From positions 308,174 through 372,173 of the IMG/VR virus record IMGVR_UViG_3300043410_001892: a DNA stretch of 64,000 bases; one strand, written 5' to 3'. How positions within the stretch are numbered: position 1 is the first letter of the stretch; the number at the start of each line of letters is the position of its first letter. Under the pieces are notes generated by a model. The model had not been told where the DNA came from and did no database searches. It saw only the letters and a list, made by a program, of their open reading frames with translations. This document shows, piece after piece, positions 51,992 to 60,206 of the stretch. The translations under genes and the position numbers were made by a program.

Positions 51992-52194
51992 AAGCTAAAG
52001 AACTAATTAAATTATTATCACAACATCCTAACGCTGATGTGGTTATAAGTGACTATAATGGTTGGGAAACACCATTTTATGATGTCGATGCTATTGAATT
52101 CCATGAAAATAGTTATCCTGTTGGTGAAAATATTAGAAAAAGTGCCAAGCCTAATAATGGTTTGGTTACTTTCACATTGGGTAAGAGACATTAA
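51988..52194 (+). CDS. Hypothetical protein (unrelated gene within array)
   Basis: MK.KELI..L...P.ADV. Confidence 0.65.
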   Translation: MKAKELIKLLSQHPNADVVISDYNGWETPFYDVDAIEFHENSYPVGENIRKSAKPNNGLVTFTLGKRH

Positions 52195-52195
52195 A

Positions 52196-52591
52196 ATGAT
52201 TGAATATGCACCAATCGCTATTACCAAACAACACTATGACAACAGATCCTCAGTTTATTCGGATAAATTGTTTGTGGTATGGATGCCAGATAATACCAGA
52301 AGAAAAACAATCGAACTAGCCATTAAATCAGTAAGTTTATCTTGGGCTAATTTAGCACATGATGATTTGTCAGAGTTAGATTTATCAGGTCTAGATCTTT
52401 CTTATGCTGATTTATCGTTTGCAAATTTGTCAAATGCTAATCTAACCAATACGAATTTATTTCAAGCAAGTTTACGTGGAGCAGATCTTACAGGTGCATT
52501 ACTTGACAATACCAACCTACAATATGTGGATCTGTCCTATGCAACTTTAGATCATACCAACTTACACAACTGCAACTTCCATAAATTATGA
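52196..52591 (+). CDS. Pentapeptide-repeat protein with array-A-type N-terminus
   Basis: MIEYAP start, then A(D/N)LS/T pentapeptide repeats. Confidence 0.8.
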   Translation: MIEYAPIAITKQHYDNRSSVYSDKLFVVWMPDNTRRKTIELAIKSVSLSWANLAHDDLSELDLSGLDLSYADLSFANLSNANLTNTNLFQASLRGADLTGALLDNTNLQYVDLSYATLDHTNLHNCNFHKL

Positions 52592-52902
52592 ATATTGAAC
52601 TAGCCCCTTACAAATATTGGCTGATTGACACTAATTTTGACACAGCTAAAATGCACTGCTTTTTTCTTAACATTGACAATAAGCTTGGTTGGCGTTTACC
52701 AACTAATCAAGAAGCCTGTGATCTTGTTAATTTTGTTGAATCGTTAGATACTGATTTCCCAAAAGAATTACAAGAGTTTTCAGAGTATTGGTTTGATGAC
52801 GAGAGTTATGGTTTTTGGACTTTTGAAGATGAAGATCTTCATTCAAATGCAGATTTAGGCGAATTATTTACAGTAATCCCCGTGAGAGATAAAGATGCTT
52901 GA
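52588..52902 (+). CDS. Array A gene 20
   Basis: FDTA.MHC..L....GWRLPT..E...VIPVRD. Confidence 0.8.
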   Translation: MNIELAPYKYWLIDTNFDTAKMHCFFLNIDNKLGWRLPTNQEACDLVNFVESLDTDFPKELQEFSEYWFDDESYGFWTFEDEDLHSNADLGELFTVIPVRDKDA

Positions 52903-53104
52903 ACATGCACCAAGAATAGAAAAAGATATGTGTTATGATACCGCATGGCTTCACTGCCTAACACTTAACTATAATGGCCATAAAGATTGGCGATTACCAA
53001 CTCAAAGAGAATATGATAAATCTAGTATAACAATAAGTTGGTTTGAAGATAGATTACCAACACCATTACAATGGTACTGTCAACCTGTACGCGATATAAT
53101 ATAA
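52895..53104 (+). CDS. Array A gene 21
   Basis: AWLHCLTLNYNGHKDWRLPT...QPVRD. Confidence 0.8.
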   Translation: MLEHAPRIEKDMCYDTAWLHCLTLNYNGHKDWRLPTQREYDKSSITISWFEDRLPTPLQWYCQPVRDII

Positions 53105-53189
53105 TCTTTACAAATCAACAAATAATTGCTATACTATATTTTTTTAACACTACAGCAAGCAGGCCCCGCTGTACACACAGGAGCATAAC

Positions 53190-53792
53190 ATGGCAACACG
53201 TAGCGCAATTGGTTTTATGAGAAACGATGGTACTGTCCGTGCAGTATATTGTCATTGGGATGGATACTTATCACACGTTGGTAAAATCCTTATTGAGAAT
53301 TATGATTTACTTGGTGTTGATGACTTATGCGATTTAGGTGATATAAGCTCATTAGGTGAAACAATTGAAGATACTGTGTTTTACGGACGCGATCGCAACG
53401 AAGATGATGTTGAAGCACATGAGTTTGCATCTGAACAAGAGTTTGTAGATTGGTATGATGATTCTGAGTTTTTCTACTTAATAAAAGATGACAAATGGTA
53501 TGTGTCAGAACATTGCGAAGAGTTCTCGTTACTTGAAGATCGTTTAAAAGATACAAAAGTTAAGTTTACTAAGTATGTTCGTCCAGATGAAACAACAACA
53601 TCCTACAGTGCAAGAGATGCAGTAGTAGCAATGGTAGCCGATGGTGTAGTTGAACCAGTGTATATGGTTAAGTTATTGCTTGATCGTATTGATCCTGAAA
53701 CATTAGAAGCGTTGTTGAAAGAAGAATTCCACATTGACGAGATCATTCCAGAATGCTACTTTGAAGAGGAGGAAAATAATGAAATTGATTAA
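53190..53792 (+). CDS. Conserved hypothetical phage protein
   Basis: MATRS.IG......VYCHWDGY...VG..L...GDISSL...YGRDR.E. Confidence 0.75.
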   Translation: MATRSAIGFMRNDGTVRAVYCHWDGYLSHVGKILIENYDLLGVDDLCDLGDISSLGETIEDTVFYGRDRNEDDVEAHEFASEQEFVDWYDDSEFFYLIKDDKWYVSEHCEEFSLLEDRLKDTKVKFTKYVRPDETTTSYSARDAVVAMVADGVVEPVYMVKLLLDRIDPETLEALLKEEFHIDEIIPECYFEEEENNEID

Positions 53793-54009
53793 ACTAACAG
53801 AGTTAAACACTGATCCTATGGTAATACCTAACACTTATCATATACCAGTTGAGAAAATTGATTATGTTATTGAACATGAAACAGGATCAACTGTTGTAGT
53901 CAATCGTGCAGATTTAAGGGTAATTGAACCAGCTGAATATATCAATAGCATATTATCAGCTAATACTGATTTTAGTAATTTTGGAGGGTTTGATGAGTAC
54001 GTCAATTAA
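53779..54009 (+). CDS. Hypothetical protein
   Basis: Start MKLIKLT. Confidence 0.6.
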   Translation: MKLIKLTELNTDPMVIPNTYHIPVEKIDYVIEHETGSTVVVNRADLRVIEPAEYINSILSANTDFSNFGGFDEYVN

Positions 54010-54283
54010 AGTCAATGTTGTAGCTAAGGATTCTAAACCTAAAAAACCAGTAATCAAAAAACGTTTGGTTCAGGTTGATAATCATCGCATTCGAATCGCT
54101 GAAACTGATTTGCCACATAAAGGTAATGTTGACCTGCATGATCCTAAGATTAAAGAACGCGGACCTAATCAAGAATTGGTAGTGTATGCTACTGCCAAAG
54201 AAGATACTTACGAACCTGGGAGAGAATACGTCTGTTACTTTACTCTTAAAGGTAAACTTGAAGGTTACTTCACAGTCAATTAG
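53993..54283 (+). CDS. Hypothetical protein
   Basis: Start MSTSIKV. Confidence 0.6.
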   Translation: MSTSIKVNVVAKDSKPKKPVIKKRLVQVDNHRIRIAETDLPHKGNVDLHDPKIKERGPNQELVVYATAKEDTYEPGREYVCYFTLKGKLEGYFTVN

Positions 54284-54291
54284 AAGGCACA

Positions 54292-54696
54292 ATGAATATT
54301 ACATTTGCAAGTTTAAAGACAACTGGTAAAGTTGAAACAGTATGGTGTGTACTTGATCTTGGTATGTCAAATTATTATAGTGACCTAGGTTACAGAGATC
54401 ATATTCGAGATTATCTAATAGTATGGGGTAGGCGTGGTGGCAAATTACAGACTATTGTGAAACGAGGACACACTAAAATCTCTATCAATAAAGACATTTA
54501 CGATCAAGAATTTCGCGAAAATATGTGGGGTTTTTACCAAATTACTCACGGCCAAGGTATGGCTATAGCTAAACGGATTTATAAGATTCTTAAGAAAGAT
54601 TATATTCCATTTAAGGCAGATTCTCTCGAAGAGATTGATCCAAACTTACCTGAACAGCTAAACAAATTAGTATTTTGGGAGACTATGAAATTATGA
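54292..54696 (+). CDS. WGR-like domain protein
   Basis: WGRRGGKLQ...K..K.Y; paralog of 55104..55448. Confidence 0.6.
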   Translation: MNITFASLKTTGKVETVWCVLDLGMSNYYSDLGYRDHIRDYLIVWGRRGGKLQTIVKRGHTKISINKDIYDQEFRENMWGFYQITHGQGMAIAKRIYKILKKDYIPFKADSLEEIDPNLPEQLNKLVFWETMKL

Positions 54697-54875
54697 GTGG
54701 ATTAGGATATATTGCAGCTGAACTTGAACAGTGTTGTGAACTCTGTGGCAAAATTGAAGAATGTCGTCCGTATGGTCCTAATGGTGAACAAATCTGTTTT
54801 GACTGTGGTATGAAAGATGAAGAAACTACTAAACAACAGATGGCAAAGTATATCTTTGGAGTAGACAGTGATTAA
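54693..54875 (+). CDS. Small Zn-finger protein
   Basis: CELCG...ECRPYG..GE.IC.DC. Confidence 0.7.
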   Translation: MSGLGYIAAELEQCCELCGKIEECRPYGPNGEQICFDCGMKDEETTKQQMAKYIFGVDSD

Positions 54876-55107
54876 AGATAATCCGTTGCTCGATTATGCT
54901 CCACCGTTAAATAAACCTGTAGATGAAGATACCGCATTCATGTATTGTATAACACTAAGTTACAATGGTTATAAAGACTGGAGATTCCCAACAAGACCTG
55001 AATTTGGAGATACGGGTGATGTATGGTTTGACGGTGAGAACTTTTCTAATGCATCTGGCTATTGGAGATGGCGAGTTCAACCAGTAAGATCTAAAGAGGA
55101 TATATGA
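54868..55107 (+). CDS. Array A gene 22
   Basis: AFMYCITLSYNGYKDWRFPT...QPVR. Confidence 0.8.
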   Translation: MIKDNPLLDYAPPLNKPVDEDTAFMYCITLSYNGYKDWRFPTRPEFGDTGDVWFDGENFSNASGYWRWRVQPVRSKEDI

Positions 55108-55448
55108 AGATTACATTTGCAGGTTTAAAGACCTCAGGTAAAGTTGAAACGGTCTGGGTTGTTATTGAGTTAGGTACACATCAACCACAATCATGGTATC
55201 ATGATTTTGTGATTGCCTGGGGCAGACGAGGCGGCAAATTGCAGTCTATGACTCGATTAGGATATAATCAACCACATTTAGAATATAACTCTGATCGTTA
55301 CCACAGGTTTAGCACTATTGGCGGCATGATCAATAAGAAACTTAACAATGGATACAAAAGTATTGACGAAACACAGTTAGATGAAGTATATCCAGAGTTT
55401 AAACAAGATTTAGATAAACTTGCATTTTGGGAAACATTGAAACTATGA
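55104..55448 (+). CDS. WGR-like domain protein
   Basis: WGRRGGKLQ...KKLNNGY. Confidence 0.6.
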   Translation: MKITFAGLKTSGKVETVWVVIELGTHQPQSWYHDFVIAWGRRGGKLQSMTRLGYNQPHLEYNSDRYHRFSTIGGMINKKLNNGYKSIDETQLDEVYPEFKQDLDKLAFWETLKL

Positions 55449-55726
55449 GAACAGTTGATCTTAAAGAAAACGAAAATGCATCTGATTTACATGTAAATCT
55501 AATACGAAGTTGTGTTAAGGAATATGAACAACTGAACGATACAACACTATTTGAAGTATTTCATTTTAAAGATTGGCTAATACCATGGATTTTTTCAAAA
55601 TATAAAGTTAAGTATAATGTGTTCATCGACGACGATGGCGATGACGCTATTTGTAGTGTTACTATAACCGATGAAAAGCAATACGCTTGGTACTTATTAA
55701 AACATACAACCTGCGAGGTCTTATGA
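55445..55726 (+). CDS. Hypothetical protein
   Basis: C-term I.DEK.Y.WYLLK, shared with the next gene. Confidence 0.6.
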   Translation: MRTVDLKENENASDLHVNLIRSCVKEYEQLNDTTLFEVFHFKDWLIPWIFSKYKVKYNVFIDDDGDDAICSVTITDEKQYAWYLLKHTTCEVL

Positions 55727-55980
55727 AAATAACAACAAACGATGAAATGTTTAATGGTGCAATTCGAACAGCCTATAGAGATGCATTCCGCGGTACATCT
55801 TATGCCAATCAGTGGTATTTTCGATACAGTGCAATAGAGCTTCTCACTAATTGGGCTAAACAGCACGGCATCCGTCCTTATGCTAAAGCACATGGAAGAT
55901 TTGTACAACTTAGAAAGAAAGATTGGTATATTACAGATAAAAAGAAGTATATGTTTTTCATTATGCAATATGGAAAGTAA
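55723..55980 (+). CDS. Hypothetical protein
   Basis: C-term ITDKKKYMFFIMQY. Confidence 0.6.
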   Translation: MKITTNDEMFNGAIRTAYRDAFRGTSYANQWYFRYSAIELLTNWAKQHGIRPYAKAHGRFVQLRKKDWYITDKKKYMFFIMQYGK

Positions 55981-56051
55981 AAATACTGCTTGCAATGCCA
56001 AACAAACTTTGCTATAATATATTTTTTAGTTAAACAACTGCGGAGCACACA

Positions 56052-56225
56052 ATGGACCAAATAGAACAATTTGAAGTAGACCAAATCACAGCTAATCTTG
56101 CAGCAAAAGGTATTACTGAATTTTCAATGCGACGTGGTAACAACTGCGTTTGGGTTTCATATGGCAGAGTAGATGCTTACTACATTTTTAGAGATGAGAA
56201 GTTAGTTGATATTCAAATTGACTAA
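56052..56225 (+). CDS. Small hypothetical protein (57 aa, not in track)
   Basis: Early promoter at 55990, GGAG RBS; MDQIEQFEV...DIQID. Confidence 0.65.
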   Translation: MDQIEQFEVDQITANLAAKGITEFSMRRGNNCVWVSYGRVDAYYIFRDEKLVDIQID

Positions 56226-56233
56226 TAACGTGC

Positions 56234-56270
56234 TTGCAATCCAGCTTACACTTTGCTATAATATATTTTT
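56234..56270 (+). promoter_or_regulatory. Early sigma70-like promoter (identical copy at 60672)
   Basis: TTGCAA-17-TATAAT with extended TG; related promoters near 43804, 44695, 45776, 47088, 48023, 51097, 53107, 55990, 59879, 62635. Confidence 0.8.
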
Positions 56271-56297
56271 ACTTACACAACATTAGGAGCGTACACT

Positions 56298-56720
56298 ATG
56301 GCTTACATGTCAAAAGAAAACAAAGAATCAAAAGCACCACGCTTAAGAGCTTTGGCTAAATCATATGGCTTAACTGCAACAGTAGCAGTTCATCATTCTA
56401 GTACATTGGTGTTAAATGTGTCTAAAGGTAAAATTGATTTTATCTCTAACTATGCTGATACTGTTTACAAAACTAATCACTGGGCAGCTGATAACGAACA
56501 AGACTACGAGTATAATAAAACTCGCACATATATGCAAGTATCGCATCACTACACAGGCAACTTTGATGGCAAGGCTAAAGAGTTTTTAGATAAAGCGTTT
56601 GCTATTATGTTTGAAGGCAATCATGATCGCAGCGATATCATGACAGACTACTTTGACGTGGGCTGGTATTGCGACATCAATATTGGAAAATGGGATAAAC
56701 CTTATATCGTTACTGCTTAA
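56298..56720 (+). CDS. Conserved hypothetical phage protein
   Basis: MAYMS.E.K...D.SD.MTDYFDVGWY.DINIGKWDKPY. Confidence 0.75.
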   Translation: MAYMSKENKESKAPRLRALAKSYGLTATVAVHHSSTLVLNVSKGKIDFISNYADTVYKTNHWAADNEQDYEYNKTRTYMQVSHHYTGNFDGKAKEFLDKAFAIMFEGNHDRSDIMTDYFDVGWYCDINIGKWDKPYIVTA

Positions 56721-56732
56721 GAGGAGATTGAA

Positions 56733-56981
56733 ATGGCAGTTAAAGTTACAACAAACCAAACAGAGTCTGTTGAAAAAAATAAGTATCCAATACTTGGAAT
56801 TTTTCCAGATGGTACTATTATTTTGTTTTCTTCTATAAATGAAGGCACTATCTTGAAATCAGAATCAAAACAAAGTATAGGTCAGTATAGTTCAAATCGG
56901 CCCGATTATCGCCATTTTGGTCCGGACTATAACTGGGTTCCGTATACTGGAACTATTACATTATCTAATGAGGAGCTATGA
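56733..56981 (+). CDS. Hypothetical protein
   Basis: GAGGAG RBS; YP......I.LF....GT....IG...Y.G.ITLSN. Confidence 0.7.
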   Translation: MAVKVTTNQTESVEKNKYPILGIFPDGTIILFSSINEGTILKSESKQSIGQYSSNRPDYRHFGPDYNWVPYTGTITLSNEEL

Positions 56982-57038
56982 GGGATTTAATAAATGTGGG
57001 ATAAGCCATACGTCGTTACCGCGTAACTTTCATTACAC

Positions 57039-57069
57039 AAGGTGCTTTGGTAACAGAGCACCTTTTTTT
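57039..57069 (+). terminator. Rho-independent terminator
   Basis: AAGGTGCTTTG-GTAA-CAGAGCACCTT followed by T run. Confidence 0.8.
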
Positions 57070-57079
57070 ATGAGATTAT

Positions 57080-57274
57080 ATGATAGAATTTTCATTTGAC
57101 GAACAAAATGGTGTTATTCATCGTACTAATGGTCCAGCTTGGATAAATCCAGGATATGGACATACTCCACTTGGATACTATTGGCATTGGCGGCTATTTG
57201 GCGTTAGACATCGTTATTATGGACCGCAAAATCGGGATGGTGATTGGTGGTTACATGGGAAGAGAGTAAAATGA
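57080..57274 (+). CDS. Array B gene 1 (HRxNGPA/HRYYGP)
   Basis: HRTNGPA...W.LFG.RHRYYGP...W.LHGKRVK. Confidence 0.8.
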   Translation: MIEFSFDEQNGVIHRTNGPAWINPGYGHTPLGYYWHWRLFGVRHRYYGPQNRDGDWWLHGKRVK

Positions 57275-57474
57275 TTGAAATACGAAACACTGCTAACAAT
57301 GGATTTGTATATCTTTTAGATGGTAATTGGCATCGATCTAATGGCCCTGCTAGGGTATGGGCAAATGGAGAATGGGGATGGTATTTAACTGATCGCCAAC
57401 ATCGCTATTATGGTCCGCAAGCAAACAATGAGTGGTGGATACATGGGGAGTGTATAAAATATGGATTCGACTAA
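57271..57474 (+). CDS. Array B gene 2
   Basis: HRSNGPA...HRYYGP. Confidence 0.8.
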   Translation: MIEIRNTANNGFVYLLDGNWHRSNGPARVWANGEWGWYLTDRQHRYYGPQANNEWWIHGECIKYGFD

Positions 57475-57682
57475 GTCACAACGATATTTATACAGTTATT
57501 TAACACCTAATGATACAGTTGAGTACAAATTGCATACTGGTGGGTTTCATCGATGTGATGGACCTGCACTAACACGATATGAAAGATGGGCATGGTTTTT
57601 ATATGATCAACATCATCGGTATTATGGTCCGCAGCACTCACATTATCCTAATTGGATGATTCATGGGAAGAGGGTTAAATGA
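57461..57682 (+). CDS. Array B gene 3
   Basis: HRCDGPA...HRYYGP. Confidence 0.8.
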   Translation: MDSTKSQRYLYSYLTPNDTVEYKLHTGGFHRCDGPALTRYERWAWFLYDQHHRYYGPQHSHYPNWMIHGKRVK

Positions 57683-57879
57683 TTAAACAAACTAAAAACG
57701 ATCATAGTATTAGGTTTACTAAAGATGGTAAGTTGCATTGTGCAAATGGTCCAACAGTATCATGGAATGATGGTTCATGGTCCTGGTATTTAGATGGCTA
57801 TCCTCATCGTTATTATGGACCACAAAAATCTTATGTGTTATATCGTAACTGGTATATTCACGGGATTGAAATTAAATGA
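57679..57879 (+). CDS. Array B gene 4
   Basis: HCANGP...HRYYGP. Confidence 0.8.
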   Translation: MIKQTKNDHSIRFTKDGKLHCANGPTVSWNDGSWSWYLDGYPHRYYGPQKSYVLYRNWYIHGIEIK

Positions 57880-58076
57880 TTATAAGAATTGAAGAAGAAC
57901 ATAGTATATGCTATCGATTAGAAAATGGTGTGTGCCATCGACCTAATGGACCTGCTGTAGAGTTTAAGGCTGACAAGACAGGCTATTGGTTCTTGTTTGG
58001 TAAACGACATAGATACTATGGTCCGGCATCTCATGCTAATAATTGGTTTTGGATACATGACAAGAGAGTTAAATGA
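57876..58076 (+). CDS. Array B gene 5
   Basis: HRPNGPA...HRYYGP. Confidence 0.8.
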   Translation: MIIRIEEEHSICYRLENGVCHRPNGPAVEFKADKTGYWFLFGKRHRYYGPASHANNWFWIHDKRVK

Positions 58077-58267
58077 TTACAAAAACTAAGGAAGGCAGTA
58101 TTGTTGTATACCGATTAAATGACATGTGGCATCGATCTAGTGGTCCTGCTTATGAGTTTCCTAATGGTAAAGGCTTTTGGGCATTATTTGGTAAACGACA
58201 TAGATACTATGGTCCGGCATCTCCCTATAGTAACATATATTATCTACATGACAGGTTGGTTAAATGA
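58073..58267 (+). CDS. Array B gene 6
   Basis: HRSSGPA...HRYYGP. Confidence 0.8.
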   Translation: MITKTKEGSIVVYRLNDMWHRSSGPAYEFPNGKGFWALFGKRHRYYGPASPYSNIYYLHDRLVK

Positions 58268-58491
58268 TAGAAAGATTTGAAGACATTGAATGTGTTCGTT
58301 ACCGATTAAATGGTGTGCCTCATCGAACTAATGGACCTGCGTTTGAATGGCTAAATGGTGACTGGAGTTGGGCATTGCATGGGAAAATACATCGTTATTA
58401 CGGACTTGCAGGTAGCAATGCAATGATAGATATTTTTCATGAATCGCGCAAAATAAAGTTTTGGGTATTGCACGGTGAGAGAGTTAGATGA
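58264..58491 (+). CDS. Array B gene 7
   Basis: HRTNGPA...HRYYG. Confidence 0.8.
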   Translation: MIERFEDIECVRYRLNGVPHRTNGPAFEWLNGDWSWALHGKIHRYYGLAGSNAMIDIFHESRKIKFWVLHGERVR

Positions 58492-58712
58492 TTGATCGAA
58501 TTGAGGAAAACGATCGTGTTTGTTATCGATTAAATGGGGTGCCTCACCGTCCTAATGGACCTGCGTTTGAATGGCCAAATGGTGACTGGAGTTGGTCGTT
58601 GTATGGGAAAATACATCGCTATTACGGACCTGCGGCTTGCAATGAAACGATAGATAAGTATCATGGCGGCAATTCAAAGTTTTGGGTATTGCACGGTGAG
58701 GGAGTTAGATGA
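58488..58712 (+). CDS. Array B gene 8 (recent duplicate of gene 7)
   Basis: HRPNGPA...HRYYGP. Confidence 0.8.
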   Translation: MIDRIEENDRVCYRLNGVPHRPNGPAFEWPNGDWSWSLYGKIHRYYGPAACNETIDKYHGGNSKFWVLHGEGVR

Positions 58713-58948
58713 TTGAAGAAAGACAGTGTGTAGCATCAGTTGTTGGTACATACACAGAATATGTAAAAGACAATAAACCTCATCGACCCAATGGCCCGGC
58801 AAGGATCTATAATGATGGTGATGCTTACTGGTGGTTATATGGGAATAGACATAGATACTATGGACCTCAAACATCTAACCAAGAACGATCAATTTGGCGA
58901 GTACACGACCGGGAAATGAAATATGAAGTCCACTGGATTGAAGAATAA
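58709..58948 (+). CDS. Array B gene 9
   Basis: HRPNGPA...HRYYGP. Confidence 0.8.
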   Translation: MIEERQCVASVVGTYTEYVKDNKPHRPNGPARIYNDGDAYWWLYGNRHRYYGPQTSNQERSIWRVHDREMKYEVHWIEE

Positions 58949-59117
58949 TAAGTATTATGAGCATCGAGAAGATGACAAGTTACACTGCACTAATGGTCCG
59001 GCATGTGCTGCCGGACCAAACAGTTGGTTATGGTGTTTAAATGATCAACCTCATAGATATTACGGTCCTTACCATTCTGACGGATGTTGGTGTCTTCACG
59101 GGAAAAGAGTTAAATGA
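58923..59117 (+). CDS. Array B gene 10
   Basis: HCTNGPA...HRYYGP. Confidence 0.8.
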   Translation: MKSTGLKNNKYYEHREDDKLHCTNGPACAAGPNSWLWCLNDQPHRYYGPYHSDGCWCLHGKRVK

Positions 59118-59323
59118 CTAAGCCACACCGATATGTAAGCACTTATTGTGAAACTGATGATACAGTTATTTATAGAGTGCTCAATGATTATCATCGATGT
59201 GATGGACCTGCACTAATACAATATGACAAATGGGGATGGTTTTTGTTTAACAACTGGCACAGGTATTATGGAGAGGCTCGTAGTGCCGGTGATTGGTATA
59301 TTCACGGGAAATTAGTTAAATGA
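59114..59323 (+). CDS. Array B gene 11
   Basis: HRCDGPA...HRYYG. Confidence 0.8.
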   Translation: MTKPHRYVSTYCETDDTVIYRVLNDYHRCDGPALIQYDKWGWFLFNNWHRYYGEARSAGDWYIHGKLVK

Positions 59324-59511
59324 TAAAAAAAACAGATGGCGGATATTATTATGAATATCGATCAAATGGTAAGAGACATCAAGTCAATGGTCCTGCGTTA
59401 GTCTTTGTTACTGGTGAAAAATATTGGTTTTTATATGATCAATGGCATAGATATTATGGCTATCAATCTAACAAGAATCAATGGTGGTTACATGGGGAAA
59501 AAATTAAATGA
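59320..59511 (+). CDS. Array B gene 12
   Basis: HQVNGPA...HRYYG. Confidence 0.8.
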   Translation: MIKKTDGGYYYEYRSNGKRHQVNGPALVFVTGEKYWFLYDQWHRYYGYQSNKNQWWLHGEKIK

Positions 59512-59720
59512 TTGAACAATTTGAGTACCATAGTTGCACAGTATATTTAAAGGACGGCGAACCGCATCGTCCTAATGGACCAGCAAGGATATACCGTGAT
59601 GGATCTAAGTATTGGTGGTTATATGGGATTCGCCATCGATACTATGGACCACAATGTAAGGATATTTATGGAACAATTTGGAGAATACATGGCTTACTGA
59701 TAAAACATGAACACAAATAA
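59508..59720 (+). CDS. Array B gene 13
   Basis: HRPNGPA...HRYYGP. Confidence 0.8.
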   Translation: MIEQFEYHSCTVYLKDGEPHRPNGPARIYRDGSKYWWLYGIRHRYYGPQCKDIYGTIWRIHGLLIKHEHK

Positions 59721-59871
59721 CGATCTAACACATAAGACTAATGGCCCCGCTGTAACGTGTAGCAACGGTTATTGGTCATGGAGATTATTTAACAATTATC
59801 ACAGGTATTACGGTCCGGTAAATAGTAGAGGACGATGGTGTATTCATAACAAGTGGGTTAAATGGTTGTAA
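59707..59871 (+). CDS. Array B gene 14 (54 aa, not in track)
   Basis: MNTNNDLTHKTNGPAV...HRYYGP...WCIHNKWVKWL. Confidence 0.7.
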   Translation: MNTNNDLTHKTNGPAVTCSNGYWSWRLFNNYHRYYGPVNSRGRWCIHNKWVKWL

Positions 59872-59931
59872 AAATCATTGTACATTTCTGTGATAATATG
59901 CTATAATATATTTTTTTACTTGCAAAATTAT

Positions 59932-60195
59932 ATGCCTAAATTAAAAAAACAAAAAGGGTTTTGGTATGCCCCTAAACCATATAAAGGAGTAATTGCTTTG
60001 AGAGATTTAATAAACATTGTCGAAGACAAAGAATGCCAGACACCTGGCGCAAATTATAGATTTGAAACAACTGATGATAGCGTAACATCAACTGTTACAT
60101 TACCATTCAAACTTAACTTAACAGAAGAACAGGTTAAGAAACTTGAAAACGAATTACACGATTCATTAGAACAAGTATTTAAACAATTTTTCTAG
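59932..60195 (+). CDS. Hypothetical protein
   Basis: Start MPKLKKQ after early promoter. Confidence 0.55.
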   Translation: MPKLKKQKGFWYAPKPYKGVIALRDLINIVEDKECQTPGANYRFETTDDSVTSTVTLPFKLNLTEEQVKKLENELHDSLEQVFKQFF

Positions 60196-60206
60196 GATAA
60201 CACACA

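Larger units (their letters stand above)
44607..59754 (+). repeat. Dispersed motif G(G/A)CCCCGCTGTACACA, 8 same-strand copies
   Basis: Copies at 44607, 44740, 44973, 45201, 47721, 49596, 53162, 59743 (three are partial or variant). Confidence 0.85.

Noticed and set aside
57080-59871. Stop-codon recoding making the arrays one polyprotein
   Set aside because: Successive units change frame and each has its own SD and ATG; long genes translate intact under code 11, with TAA, TAG and TGA all used as stops
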